64,000 nt of DNA, taken from the sequence record SRR20825019_117; one strand, given 5' to 3'. Each line of letters starts with the position of its first letter. Positions within the stretch are counted from its first letter, which is position 1. The notes under the pieces were generated by a model. It saw only the letters and a program-made list of their open reading frames with translations. It did no database searches and was not told where the DNA came from. The translations under genes and the position numbers were made by a program. Below, piece by piece: positions 10,097 through 19,496 of the stretch.

Positions 10097-11584
10097 TCAG
10101 TGCGCCATCAACTGGTCAACGGCGTCGGGTTTATCGTGCACCCCAAAGCGGTCAACAATGGTGGCGCTGGCTTCATTCAGCCCGATAATCTCCACCTCCG
10201 CACCTTCGCGACGGAACTTGATAACGGCCTTGTCCAGAGCGCCCACTGCCGTAATGTCCCAGAAGTGAGCCCGGGTCAGGTCAATCACCACATTATCCAC
10301 TGCTTCCTTGAAATCAAAGGATTCCGTGAATTTTTCCGAGGAACTGAAGAACACCTGCCCGACAACGTTGTAGGTGCGGGTGTCAGTCGCCTCATCAAAG
10401 TCGGACGTCACCAGCATGTAATGGCCCACCTTGTTGGCAAAGAACAGGGCCGCCAGAAGCACGCCTGCCAGCACGCCGAAGGCAAGGTTGTGCGTGGCGA
10501 CGACGACAATAACGGTCACCACCATCACAATATTGGTGGACAGGGGGTGCTCTTTCAGGTTCTTGATCGACGCCCAGCTGAAGGTACCGATGGACACCAT
10601 GATCATCACGGCTACGAGGGCCGCCATTGGAATCTGTACCAGCCACTGATCCAGCACCAGCACGAGAACCAGCAGGAATACACCCGCTGTCAGCGTGGAA
10701 AGCCGCGTTCGGCCGCCGGATTTGATGTTGATAATGGACTGGCCAATCATCGCGCAGCCGGCCATGCCGCCCAGGAGGCCAGAACCGATATTGGCAACGC
10801 CCTGCCCTTTGCACTCCCGGTTACGGTCACTGGTTGTGTCCGTGAGGTCGTCCACAATGGTGGCGGTCATCATGGATTCCAGAAGGCCAACAATGGCTAG
10901 ACCGACGGAGTAAGGCAGGATGATCATCAGGGTTTCAAGATTCAGTGGCACGTCTGGCCACAGGAAAATCGGAAGCGTATCCGGCAGTTGCCCCATATCA
11001 CCGACCGTGCGGATATCGATGTTGTAGACCATCGCGACGATGGTCAGCGAGACAATACAGATCAACGGCGATGGCAGTATGCGGCCGACGACCGGCACCA
11101 GTGGAAACAGGTAAATGATACCCAGTCCGGCAGCGGTCATCGCATAAACGTGCCAGGTGACATTAGTCAGTTCTGGCAACTGCGCCATAAAGATCAGGAT
11201 AGCCAGCGCGTTCACAAACCCGGTCACCACGGAACGGGACACAAAGCGCATCAGGCCGCCGAGTTTCAGATAGCCAGCGCCGATCTGCAGCAACCCGGTC
11301 AGCAGCGTAGCTGCAAGCAGATACTCCAGGCCGTGCTCCTTTACAAGAGTCACCATCAACAGCGCCATAGCGCCTGTCGCGGCGGAGATCATACCGGGGC
11401 GGCCGCCGACGAAGGCAATCACCACCGCAATACAGAACGAGGCATACAGACCCACTTTCGGGTCCACACCGGCGATAATGGAAAAAGCGATGGCTTCGGG
11501 AATCAACGCCAGCGCCACCACAATGCCGGCAAGCAAATCGCCGCGTATATTGGAAAGCCAGTCGGCCTTAAGCTTGTTCACCAT
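10097..11584 (-). CDS. SulP-family inorganic anion transporter with STAS domain
   Basis: [38 protein letters not shown] and C-terminal STAS ([13 protein letters not shown]). Confidence 0.95.
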   Translation of the reverse strand: MVNKLKADWLSNIRGDLLAGIVVALALIPEAIAFSIIAGVDPKVGLYASFCIAVVIAFVGGRPGMISAATGAMALLMVTLVKEHGLEYLLAATLLTGLLQIGAGYLKLGGLMRFVSRSVVTGFVNALAILIFMAQLPELTNVTWHVYAMTAAGLGIIYLFPLVPVVGRILPSPLICIVSLTIVAMVYNIDIRTVGDMGQLPDTLPIFLWPDVPLNLETLMIILPYSVGLAIVGLLESMMTATIVDDLTDTTSDRNRECKGQGVANIGSGLLGGMAGCAMIGQSIINIKSGGRTRLSTLTAGVFLLVLVLVLDQWLVQIPMAALVAVMIMVSIGTFSWASIKNLKEHPLSTNIVMVVTVIVVVATHNLAFGVLAGVLLAALFFANKVGHYMLVTSDFDEATDTRTYNVVGQVFFSSSEKFTESFDFKEAVDNVVIDLTRAHFWDITAVGALDKAVIKFRREGAEVEIIGLNEASATIVDRFGVHDKPDAVDQLMAH

Positions 11585-11695
11585 ATCGTTGGTATCCAGT
11601 CAGAGAGGGCAAATTCGGGACGTAAAAACCGGTTGTAGTCCTCATGAGGTGACTACCGGAGTTCAATCAGGACGTAAACCTGGGAGCACAGGACG

Positions 11696-11737
11696 CTAGG
11701 GCGGAGTGATCGTCGTAACTGTCGTGGGGACGTTCAT
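11696..11737 (-). CDS. Putative leader peptide u[16 protein letters not shown] upstream of sulP
   Basis: 13-codon ORF in the ~185-nt leader, coupled by TAATG to an upstream MNVP* mini-ORF (11737-11751). Extended -10-like TGGTATGCT lies just upstream. Confidence 0.45.
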   Translation of the reverse strand: MNVPTTVTTITPP

Positions 11738-11809
11738 TAAGGTACGTTCATAAGCTGCGAATTAAAGGCGGCGAAGCATACCAGAACGGTGCTGGAAAAG
11801 TAACCGGCG

Positions 11810-11828
11810 GGCCCGGAGACCGGGCCCT
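11810..11828. terminator. GC hairpin downstream of the lysE/argO gene
   Basis: GGGCCCGG-AGA-CCGGGCCC, followed on the minus strand by a short U-rich stretch. Confidence 0.5.
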
Positions 11829-11830
11829 GT

Positions 11831-12451
11831 TTACGCCACCGGCCCGGACAGGCCGTTGCTGGCGAGGTGAAAGGCAATGATCGCCATCATGGAACCAATG
11901 GCGCCATCAATGAACCGCCAGGACATGGGGCTCGACAACCAGGGGGAAAGCGCCGCCCCGCCGAACGCCAGCAGGCAGAACCACATGACAGACGCACTGC
12001 TGGCGCCGGCCACAAACACCAGCGGGCTGGCCTGTTGCGCGCCTATGGCAGGGATCAGCAACAAGGTATCCAGATACACCTGGGGATTCAGTAGCGTTAC
12101 CGCCAGGGTGGTCAACACCACGGTCCGCAGGCTCGAAACATCCGCTTTCCTGGCATCCAGGGCATCACGTCCTTTCGCAGCACGAGCGAAGGCCAGCAAC
12201 GCCAGCCAGCTGAGGAACGCCACACCCAACCAGCGCATCACGTCCAGCGCTTCAGGCACGGCCATCAACGCGGCGTTAACGCCGAACATGCCTGCCGTGA
12301 ACAGCAAGATATCCGCCGTCATGCAAATGCCGGCGCAATACCAGTGATGTTCCCGGCGAATCGCCTGCCCCAGGATGTAGGCGTTCTGAGCGCCAATCGC
12401 AATGATGATGCCTCCGCACACCAGCAGCCCTGTCAGATAACTTGTCAGCAT
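11831..12451 (-). CDS. argO: LysE/ArgO-family amino acid exporter
   Basis: IIAIGAQNAY and VTLLNPQVYLDT motifs; divergent from an ArgP/LysG regulator. Confidence 0.88.
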   Translation of the reverse strand: MLTSYLTGLLVCGGIIIAIGAQNAYILGQAIRREHHWYCAGICMTADILLFTAGMFGVNAALMAVPEALDVMRWLGVAFLSWLALLAFARAAKGRDALDARKADVSSLRTVVLTTLAVTLLNPQVYLDTLLLIPAIGAQQASPLVFVAGASSASVMWFCLLAFGGAALSPWLSSPMSWRFIDGAIGSMMAIIAFHLASNGLSGPVA

Positions 12452-12534
12452 ATTTCCCTCCGAATTTGCTGGAAGCTTAAGGGGTAAGGGCTATACTTAA
12501 AAATCATAAACCTTATATCCCATGAATATTTCTT

Positions 12535-13434
12535 ATGTTGGATTACAAGCTTCTGCAGGCACTTGCCGCGGTGATCGAGAACGGTGGGTTTGAGCGTGCC
12601 GGGGAGATACTCGGGCTCACGCAATCCGCCGTATCACAACGCATCAAGTCACTTGAAGTACGCCTGGGCCAGCCGGTTCTGGTCCGGCACCCGGAACTGC
12701 AGGCAACGCCGGCCGGGAACAAGCTGCTGAACCACTTCCAGCAGGTACAGCTTCTGGAAAGGGACCTGCGCAAAACCATACCCGCCCTTGCCGAGGACAC
12801 CACCCGCCTGCGTATCGCTATCAACGCCGACAGCCTGGCCACCTGGTGGGCCGCTGTGGTTGGGGAGTTCTGCAGCCGGGAGGGTTTATTGCTCGATCTG
12901 GTTATTGAGGACCAGGACGTGGGCCTGAAGCGAATGCGCGATGGCGATGTGGCCGCCTGTCTGTGCAGCAGCAGCCAGCCCATTGCTGGCGGGCGTTGCG
13001 TGGCACTGGGGGAAATGACCTATATGCCGCTGGCGACCCCACAGTATGTTCGCCAGTTTTTTCCGGATGGCATCACACCAGAAGCTTTCGCCACCTCTCC
13101 GGCTATTGTATTTGGCCCCAACGACCAGCTACAGCACCGATTCATGGCCGGCTGTGGCTACCACGGCCGTTTCCCCTACCATTTGTGCCCCTCCTCCGAA
13201 GGTTTCGTCCAGCTTGCCAGGGCCGGCATGGGCTACGGCATGATTCCGCAAATCCAGGCCAGTCATTGGCTGGACAATGGGGGCCTGGTCAACCTTGCAC
13301 CGGGTCATGAGCTGAAAGTGCCCCTCTATTGGCACTTCTGGAGACACAGCGGGGAGTTGCTACAGCGTTTGACCACCACGCTTGAGGGTGCCATCACCCA
13401 CCATTACCGCGCACGGCGAAACGTCAGGTTGTAA
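12535..13434 (+). CDS. argP: LysR-family regulator ArgP/LysG
   Basis: MLDYKLLQAL...GFERA..L.LTQSAVSQRIK, IAINADSLATW, VPLYWH. Confidence 0.92.
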   Translation: MLDYKLLQALAAVIENGGFERAGEILGLTQSAVSQRIKSLEVRLGQPVLVRHPELQATPAGNKLLNHFQQVQLLERDLRKTIPALAEDTTRLRIAINADSLATWWAAVVGEFCSREGLLLDLVIEDQDVGLKRMRDGDVAACLCSSSQPIAGGRCVALGEMTYMPLATPQYVRQFFPDGITPEAFATSPAIVFGPNDQLQHRFMAGCGYHGRFPYHLCPSSEGFVQLARAGMGYGMIPQIQASHWLDNGGLVNLAPGHELKVPLYWHFWRHSGELLQRLTTTLEGAITHHYRARRNVRL

Positions 13435-14048
13435 CGGCAGGCGCCCGTCAGCGAATGCAGTGCCTGCTTGAGCGTTAACACGCCATGGTAGCGGAGCCGC
13501 GCCGGGCCGCCCCAGACCACAACATCACCATGCTCAAGGGGCACTCGCTGCGGCCGGTCACTGCGCCGGGCGCCTCCGAACTGGAACATTGCCGGCGTGC
13601 CCAGGGACACAGAAACGATCGGCTGATCGAAGTCGTCCTCGTCTTTGTCCTGATGGAGCCCCATTTTGGCGCCAGGTGCATAGCGGTTCACCAGGCAGGC
13701 GTCCGGCTCAAACCCCGAGTAGCCCCCCGCGCTTGCTGCCTTTGCCGCCAGGGACCGAAACACGGCCGGCATCAACGGCCAGGGTTCCCCCGAAAGCGGG
13801 TCGGTTTGCTGATACCGATAACCGCCCGCATCGGTCACCCAGCCCCAGTCTCCGCAACAAGTCATCGCCACCGACATGGTGTGGCCACCGGGTGTCTGCA
13901 TTTGCCGAAACTGGGCCTGTTCCGCCACGACTGAAATCGCCTCCAGCAATCGGCTGGCGTCGGCCCGGGCAAAACGGCGAAGGACAACTGCCCCGTCGCA
14001 GAGCGGCTCGACCCAGGGCTCTGATGAAGATGACTCGAACAAATCCAT
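13404..14048 (-). CDS. alkB: Alpha-ketoglutarate-dependent dioxygenase AlkB
   Basis: TPGGHTMSVAMT, PDACLVNRY, GLHQDKDE, YHGV, RYNLTFR. The 3' end overlaps argP convergently. Confidence 0.95.
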   Translation of the reverse strand: MDLFESSSSEPWVEPLCDGAVVLRRFARADASRLLEAISVVAEQAQFRQMQTPGGHTMSVAMTCCGDWGWVTDAGGYRYQQTDPLSGEPWPLMPAVFRSLAAKAASAGGYSGFEPDACLVNRYAPGAKMGLHQDKDEDDFDQPIVSVSLGTPAMFQFGGARRSDRPQRVPLEHGDVVVWGGPARLRYHGVLTLKQALHSLTGACRYNLTFRRAR

Positions 14049-14160
14049 GGTCATTACGCGTTCACCGTATGATCAGGAAAACCGGGAGTTTAACGTCTAC
14101 CCTTAGGGCAGTGCAGTCCCCTGCGCTTCGCTACGCCAGACAACCGTTTAAGGATGAACC

Positions 14161-17028
14161 ATGCGTCGGAACCGCCAGTCCGCACAGGTATCGCTTGCCT
14201 TTCTGATTGCCTCTACAATCACCCTCGGCATGCTGGCACTCACCATTGTACTGGTCGGGCAAAGCTTTCGCGGCATGGAAAGCGCCAAGATAACTGCCGC
14301 CAGCGCCACGGCCCGCCAGCTTGCCGTCAGTGTAGATGACCGTATCCGCGCCATCACAGGCCCGCCGTCAACCGCCCTCGCGGTCCTCAGCCATGACCCT
14401 TTGGCCGTCGCCGATACATTGCAACAACGCCTGGTCCGGATGCCGGTTGTCGCAGACATTCTCGATAGCAGCGACATCGTCAGTGCCGTTTACGCTGGCT
14501 ATGACAACGGCGATTTTTTCCTGCTACGCAAGATACGTAGCTCTGGCGCCATGCAGTTCCCTGACGCCCCCACCAATGCGCAATACCTGCTCCAGTCCAT
14601 CACCAGGGCCGAGGATGGAAGGCCGCAACCCATATGGCACTTCTACGATGCCAGCCGCACCCTTCTGGAACGCCGCACGCCTTCCGACTACCGCTTTGAT
14701 CCCAGAGATCGTGGCTGGTACGAGCTCGCTGATGCCTCCGGTACGACGGAACTGACCGCGCCCTATGTTTTCTTTACCACGGGTGAAACCGGTTTGACGC
14801 TTTCCCGACGGCAAGCCACTGCGAAGGGCATGGACAACAATACCGTGTTTGGCATCGATGTAACTGTTACCGACCTGGGCACGCAGCTGGCCGAACTGCG
14901 GCAGACGCCCGGCACCCGGATTGCCATCGTCAATGCCGAGGGTTCCCCCCTGGCCTACACAGGGCCTGATACCACCAACAGCGGAACAACATCCAACACA
15001 ACAAAGCCACAGGGGCTGAATGACGGAGCCATCAACGCCGTCCTGGAACGCGATGGCATGCAAGCCACGAGTGAATTGGTAAACCGCTTTACCACTGAAA
15101 ACCGGGACTGGTACGGCATGACCGAGCCCCTTGAGTCCCTGGACCAGGAGAACCTGAAAATCGCCGTGGCCATTCCCGCCGACGAACTATTGGCTGATGT
15201 TTGGGCAGCTTTGACCCGTCAGACTATCCTGGCGAGTGCTATCGCACTTCTGTTGCTGGTCATCGGCTGGTTCCTGGGCCGTCGTGTGGGTAGGCCACTG
15301 GAATTGCTGACACGCCGGGTGGGGGCACTCTCCCGTTTTCGTTTCGACACGTCCGTTTCCGTTGATTCCCATATTCGCGAAGCGCGTCAACTCAGCGTCG
15401 CCCTGGACGATATGGCCAGTACGATCCGCAGCTTCCAAAGCATTGCGACCGCACTCAATCGGGGTCAGGATCTGGATAGCCTTTTGCAGGATATCCTCGA
15501 ACAGATCGTTCACATCCTCGGGCAGACCCGGGGTGCTATCTACCTGATGAGCCGTCAGAACAGCGAACTCAGGCTTTCCGTGGACCGCGACATACACCCG
15601 CCGGAGACCATCACCGGCGTCAACGCCAAGGACGACGACAACGACGTGATAAGGGCGCTCCGTAACGCCCTTTCCGGCCATCCGGTATTCGCCATTCTCA
15701 GAAACCGGCGCAAACAGTTGATTGGGGCCCTCGTTATCGAAATGGAGCATGGTGAGCACACCCACCTTAGCGACGACCTGATCGTATTCGTCGATGAGAT
15801 CGCCGGCTCCGCCGCCGTTGCGATCGAAACCCGTGAACTGATTGAAAGCCAGCAGGCGTTGCTTGAGGGCATCATTCGCCTTGTTGCCAACGCCATTGAT
15901 GCCAAGTCACCGTATACGGGTGGCCACTGCGACCGCGTACCAAAACTCGCCCAGATGATGGTCGATGAAGCTATCCAGAGCCCCGCAGAACCCTTTGCCA
16001 ACTTCACCATGAACGACGACGAGCGCTACGAGTTCCACCTGGCAGCGTGGCTTCACGACTGTGGAAAGATCACCAGCCCCGAGCATGTGGTGGACAAGGC
16101 CGTCAAACTGGAAACGATCTACAACCGCATCCATGAGATTCGCACCCGCTTTGAAATTCTACATCGGGATGCGGAGATTCGGTGCCTGAAAAGGCAACTG
16201 GCTGGCGAGAGTTCTCAGCAGGCGGAAACCGACCGGGATCGGGAACAGGAAGAGCTGCAGGAAGCCTTTCGCGCAGTCGCCAACGCCAACACTGGTGGCG
16301 AATTCATGTCGGAGGACGACATAGAGCACATCCGACAGATCGGCCAACGCACCTGGGTGCGTCATTTCAGTGACAGGCTGGGATTGTCCGGCGACGAAAA
16401 GCAGGTTTTGACTGGCACACCGGAGCAGACGCCACCTGCTACAGAACCTCTGCTGGCAGACAAACCCGGCCACCTTCGTCCCTGGGGTGAACACAAACCA
16501 CCCGTTGCCAAAGACGACCCACGAAACCGGTGGGGATTCGACATGACACTTCCAGAACATGCCGTTAATCAGGGTGAGCTCCACAACCTGACCGTGGCAA
16601 AAGGAACCCTGACCCCCGAGGAACGCTTCCGGATCAACGACCACATCGTACAGACCATCTGCATGCTGGACGCCCTGCCCCTGCCTGACAGACTTGCGAA
16701 CGTGCCCCACCTGGCAGGCACCCACCATGAACGCATGGATGGACAAGGTTACCCCTGCCGGCTGAACGCAGACGACATGGGCATTCCCGAGCGGATCATG
16801 GCGGTGGCGGATATTTTCGAGGCGCTGACCGCCGTGGACCGCCCCTACAAGGAGGGCAAGACACTGACCGAATCCCTGACCATCATGCAGGGAATGGTGA
16901 ATGACGGACACATCGACCGGGCGGTGTTCCAGTTGTTCGTCCAGACAGGTATCTACCGCCGATACGCAGAGCAACACCTGCGTCCGGAACAAATCGACGC
17001 CGTGAATGAAGAACGCTTTCTGACATGA
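14161..17028 (+). CDS. Membrane HD-GYP phosphodiesterase (Cache-like sensor, HAMP, short GAF-like region)
   Basis: Two TM helices flanking FDPRDRGWY/TAPYVFF; DAKSPYTGGHC, WLHDCGK, HHERMDGQGYP, ADIFEALT..DRPYK. Confidence 0.92.
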   Translation: MRRNRQSAQVSLAFLIASTITLGMLALTIVLVGQSFRGMESAKITAASATARQLAVSVDDRIRAITGPPSTALAVLSHDPLAVADTLQQRLVRMPVVADILDSSDIVSAVYAGYDNGDFFLLRKIRSSGAMQFPDAPTNAQYLLQSITRAEDGRPQPIWHFYDASRTLLERRTPSDYRFDPRDRGWYELADASGTTELTAPYVFFTTGETGLTLSRRQATAKGMDNNTVFGIDVTVTDLGTQLAELRQTPGTRIAIVNAEGSPLAYTGPDTTNSGTTSNTTKPQGLNDGAINAVLERDGMQATSELVNRFTTENRDWYGMTEPLESLDQENLKIAVAIPADELLADVWAALTRQTILASAIALLLLVIGWFLGRRVGRPLELLTRRVGALSRFRFDTSVSVDSHIREARQLSVALDDMASTIRSFQSIATALNRGQDLDSLLQDILEQIVHILGQTRGAIYLMSRQNSELRLSVDRDIHPPETITGVNAKDDDNDVIRALRNALSGHPVFAILRNRRKQLIGALVIEMEHGEHTHLSDDLIVFVDEIAGSAAVAIETRELIESQQALLEGIIRLVANAIDAKSPYTGGHCDRVPKLAQMMVDEAIQSPAEPFANFTMNDDERYEFHLAAWLHDCGKITSPEHVVDKAVKLETIYNRIHEIRTRFEILHRDAEIRCLKRQLAGESSQQAETDRDREQEELQEAFRAVANANTGGEFMSEDDIEHIRQIGQRTWVRHFSDRLGLSGDEKQVLTGTPEQTPPATEPLLADKPGHLRPWGEHKPPVAKDDPRNRWGFDMTLPEHAVNQGELHNLTVAKGTLTPEERFRINDHIVQTICMLDALPLPDRLANVPHLAGTHHERMDGQGYPCRLNADDMGIPERIMAVADIFEALTAVDRPYKEGKTLTESLTIMQGMVNDGHIDRAVFQLFVQTGIYRRYAEQHLRPEQIDAVNEERFLT

Positions 17029-17118
17029 ACATTCCTCCATCGCGACGGGTTATTTTCGAATTCTTCGCCGAAACCCGTATACTTTGCGCAGTTTTAAACA
17101 CTTGAAAAGGACACTGAC

Positions 17119-17889
17119 ATGTTCGGCCTGTTTATCGGCGGTTTGATCGGCTACCTGTTTGGCCGCTTTCCCGGCCTTCTGATTGGCGCTGTGGCAGGCG
17201 TACTGTTGACCCGATACATCAAGAGCCGTCTGTGGCAAAAACTGCGCAATGTGCAGACGGACTTCCTGGAATCCGTGTTTGCGGTGATGGGCGCCCTGTG
17301 CAAAGCCGATGGCGTTGTCACTCGCGATGAGATCCAGGTGGCGGAACGCCTGTTCGATCGGTTTCGTCTCTCCGGCGAACACCGGGAGCGCGCCAAGGCT
17401 GCCTTCAACCGTGGCAAGGCCAATGACTTCGACCTGGATGCGGAACTGCAACACTTCCTGCGGGTGAGTGGCCGCCAGCCCGCATTACTGCAGATGTTCC
17501 TTCAGGTACAGGTGTCTGCCGTTGCCGCCGATGGTGTGGTCCACCCGGCCGAACATGAGATGCTGGTGCGTATTGCCCGGGGGCTGGGACTGCCCGAGGC
17601 CCAGGTAGACCAGTTGGAAGCCATGTTGAGGGGCGCTCACGCCGGCCAGGCAGGTGCGTCTGGCCAACCATCGTCCGCCAGCCAGATCGACGATGCCTAT
17701 AAGGTTCTCGGGGTGTCGCCCTCCGCCAGCGACGCCGAGATCAAGAAAGCCTACCGCAAACTGATGAGCGAGAATCATCCGGACAAACTGGCTGGGCGCG
17801 GCCTGCCGGAAAGCATGCGGGAAATGGCAGAAGAGCGCACCCGTGAGATCAGCCACGCCTACGACGTAATAAAGGACGCCCGCAACTAA
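17119..17889 (+). CDS. djlA: Co-chaperone DjlA
   Basis: N-terminal TM, TerB-like KADG region and C-terminal J domain with HPD. Confidence 0.93.
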   Translation: MFGLFIGGLIGYLFGRFPGLLIGAVAGVLLTRYIKSRLWQKLRNVQTDFLESVFAVMGALCKADGVVTRDEIQVAERLFDRFRLSGEHRERAKAAFNRGKANDFDLDAELQHFLRVSGRQPALLQMFLQVQVSAVAADGVVHPAEHEMLVRIARGLGLPEAQVDQLEAMLRGAHAGQAGASGQPSSASQIDDAYKVLGVSPSASDAEIKKAYRKLMSENHPDKLAGRGLPESMREMAEERTREISHAYDVIKDARN

Positions 17890-17891
17890 CG

Positions 17892-17912
17892 AAAGGCCCG
17901 GCGAGGGCCTTT
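17892..17912 (+). terminator. Intrinsic terminator after djlA
   Basis: AAAGGCCC-GGCGA-GGGCCTTT followed by ACTT. Confidence 0.7.
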
Positions 17913-18029
17913 ACTTACATCCCCTCTACTTGTCGTGCGCCGCGATGCAATTTCCTGATATGACATATCGTCACGTTTAGGTTTTATATACAGTGGATAC
18001 AGTCCCGAAAACAACACGGAGTATCTGCT

Positions 18030-19496
18030 TTGACCGCCCAACATCCGCTGCAACCCCACCCGCAATCAATGCACACGTTCAGTGACGATCTGCTGGGCCG
18101 GCACGACGCCACCGGGCTGGCCGAACTGATTCACAACGGCGACGTATCAGCCGGCGAAGTCCTCCAGGCTACCCTGGCCCGGGCGCGAATAGCCGAACCC
18201 TTTATCCATGGCCTGGTTACCCCCATTCCGGACGACGGTGCCGGCATGATCGCAAATAAAACTCCGGCTGCAAAAACGGTGCCTGGCATCTTTGCGGGTG
18301 TTCCCACGGTGATCAAAGACAACACCGAGGTGAAGGGATTCCCCACCTCCCATGGCACTGCGGCCATCCATTCCCACCCGGCCGACGAAACCAGCCCTTT
18401 CGCCCGTCAGTTGCTGGCCCAGGGCCTGGTGTGTTTTGGCAAAAGCACCCTGCCTGAGTTCGGCTTCAATGCCACCACCGAACCCGCCCATGACACCCCA
18501 AGCCGCAACCCCTGGCACCTTCAATATTCCACCGGTGCTTCATCAGGAGGTTCCGCGGCGCTGGTTGCCGCAGGTGTCATCCCCATCGCACACGCCAACG
18601 ATGGCGGTGGCTCCATCCGCATTCCAGCCGCCTGTTGTGGGCTGGTGGGGTTGAAACCAACCCGGGGACGGCTGATCGACAACGATGCGGCTAAAACACT
18701 CCCCATCAATATCGTCAGTGATGGTGTGGTAACGCGCACGGTCAGGGATACCGCCAACTTCTATCACGGAGCGGAACGCTTTTTCCGAAACCCGAAACTC
18801 CCGGCCATAGGAAAGGTAGAGCGCCCCGCCACACGCTCACTCCGTATAGGCCTGGTGACCGACTCCATCAACGGTCACGCCACCGACAGTCAGACCCGCG
18901 CAGCCGTTGAAAATACAGCACAACTACTCGAAAAGCTTGGCCACAAGGTGGAACCGGTAGGAGTTCCCGTTGCCTCATCTTTCCCTGATGATTTTGCGCT
19001 CTATTGGGGAATGCTGGCCTTTGGTGTGCGCGCAAATGGCAAGCGGTTGATTCACCCTAGTTTTGACAAGTCACAGCTGGACGGGCTAACCCTTGGGCTG
19101 GACAAAGCCTTCCGGAGGCAGTTCTACAAATTACCGGCGGCACTCTGGCGCCTGCACCGGTCGTATCAGGACTACGCTCGCACCATGGCCAGTTACGATG
19201 CCATTCTCACTCCGGTACTGGGTCACACCACGCCCGAAATCGGCTACCTGAGCCCCACGGTCGACTTTGATACCCTGTTCGACCGCCTGACCCAATACGT
19301 CAGCTTTACGCCACTGGCCAACGCCACCGGCGCACCCGCCATTTCGCTGCCAGCCAGCCTCACTGAGCAGGGTCTGCCGGTTTCTATTCAGCTGATGGGT
19401 AAGCACGGGGGTGAGCAGACACTGCTGGAACTGGCGTTTTTGCTGGAGGAGACGATGAACTGGCCCAGGATAGACAGCCAGCCCATCAGGTCATGA
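18030..19496 (+). CDS. Amidase signature family enzyme
   Basis: GVPTVIKD, GASSGGSAA and DGGGSIRIPA (Ser-cisSer-Lys triad). TTG start; alternative ATG at 18069. Confidence 0.92.
   Translation: MTAQHPLQPHPQSMHTFSDDLLGRHDATGLAELIHNGDVSAGEVLQATLARARIAEPFIHGLVTPIPDDGAGMIANKTPAAKTVPGIFAGVPTVIKDNTEVKGFPTSHGTAAIHSHPADETSPFARQLLAQGLVCFGKSTLPEFGFNATTEPAHDTPSRNPWHLQYSTGASSGGSAALVAAGVIPIAHANDGGGSIRIPAACCGLVGLKPTRGRLIDNDAAKTLPINIVSDGVVTRTVRDTANFYHGAERFFRNPKLPAIGKVERPATRSLRIGLVTDSINGHATDSQTRAAVENTAQLLEKLGHKVEPVGVPVASSFPDDFALYWGMLAFGVRANGKRLIHPSFDKSQLDGLTLGLDKAFRRQFYKLPAALWRLHRSYQDYARTMASYDAILTPVLGHTTPEIGYLSPTVDFDTLFDRLTQYVSFTPLANATGAPAISLPASLTEQGLPVSIQLMGKHGGEQTLLELAFLLEETMNWPRIDSQPIRS

Noticed and set aside
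14070-14100. Ada-type operator upstream of alkB
   Set aside because: Only a vague resemblance, and no ada gene in the window to support it.
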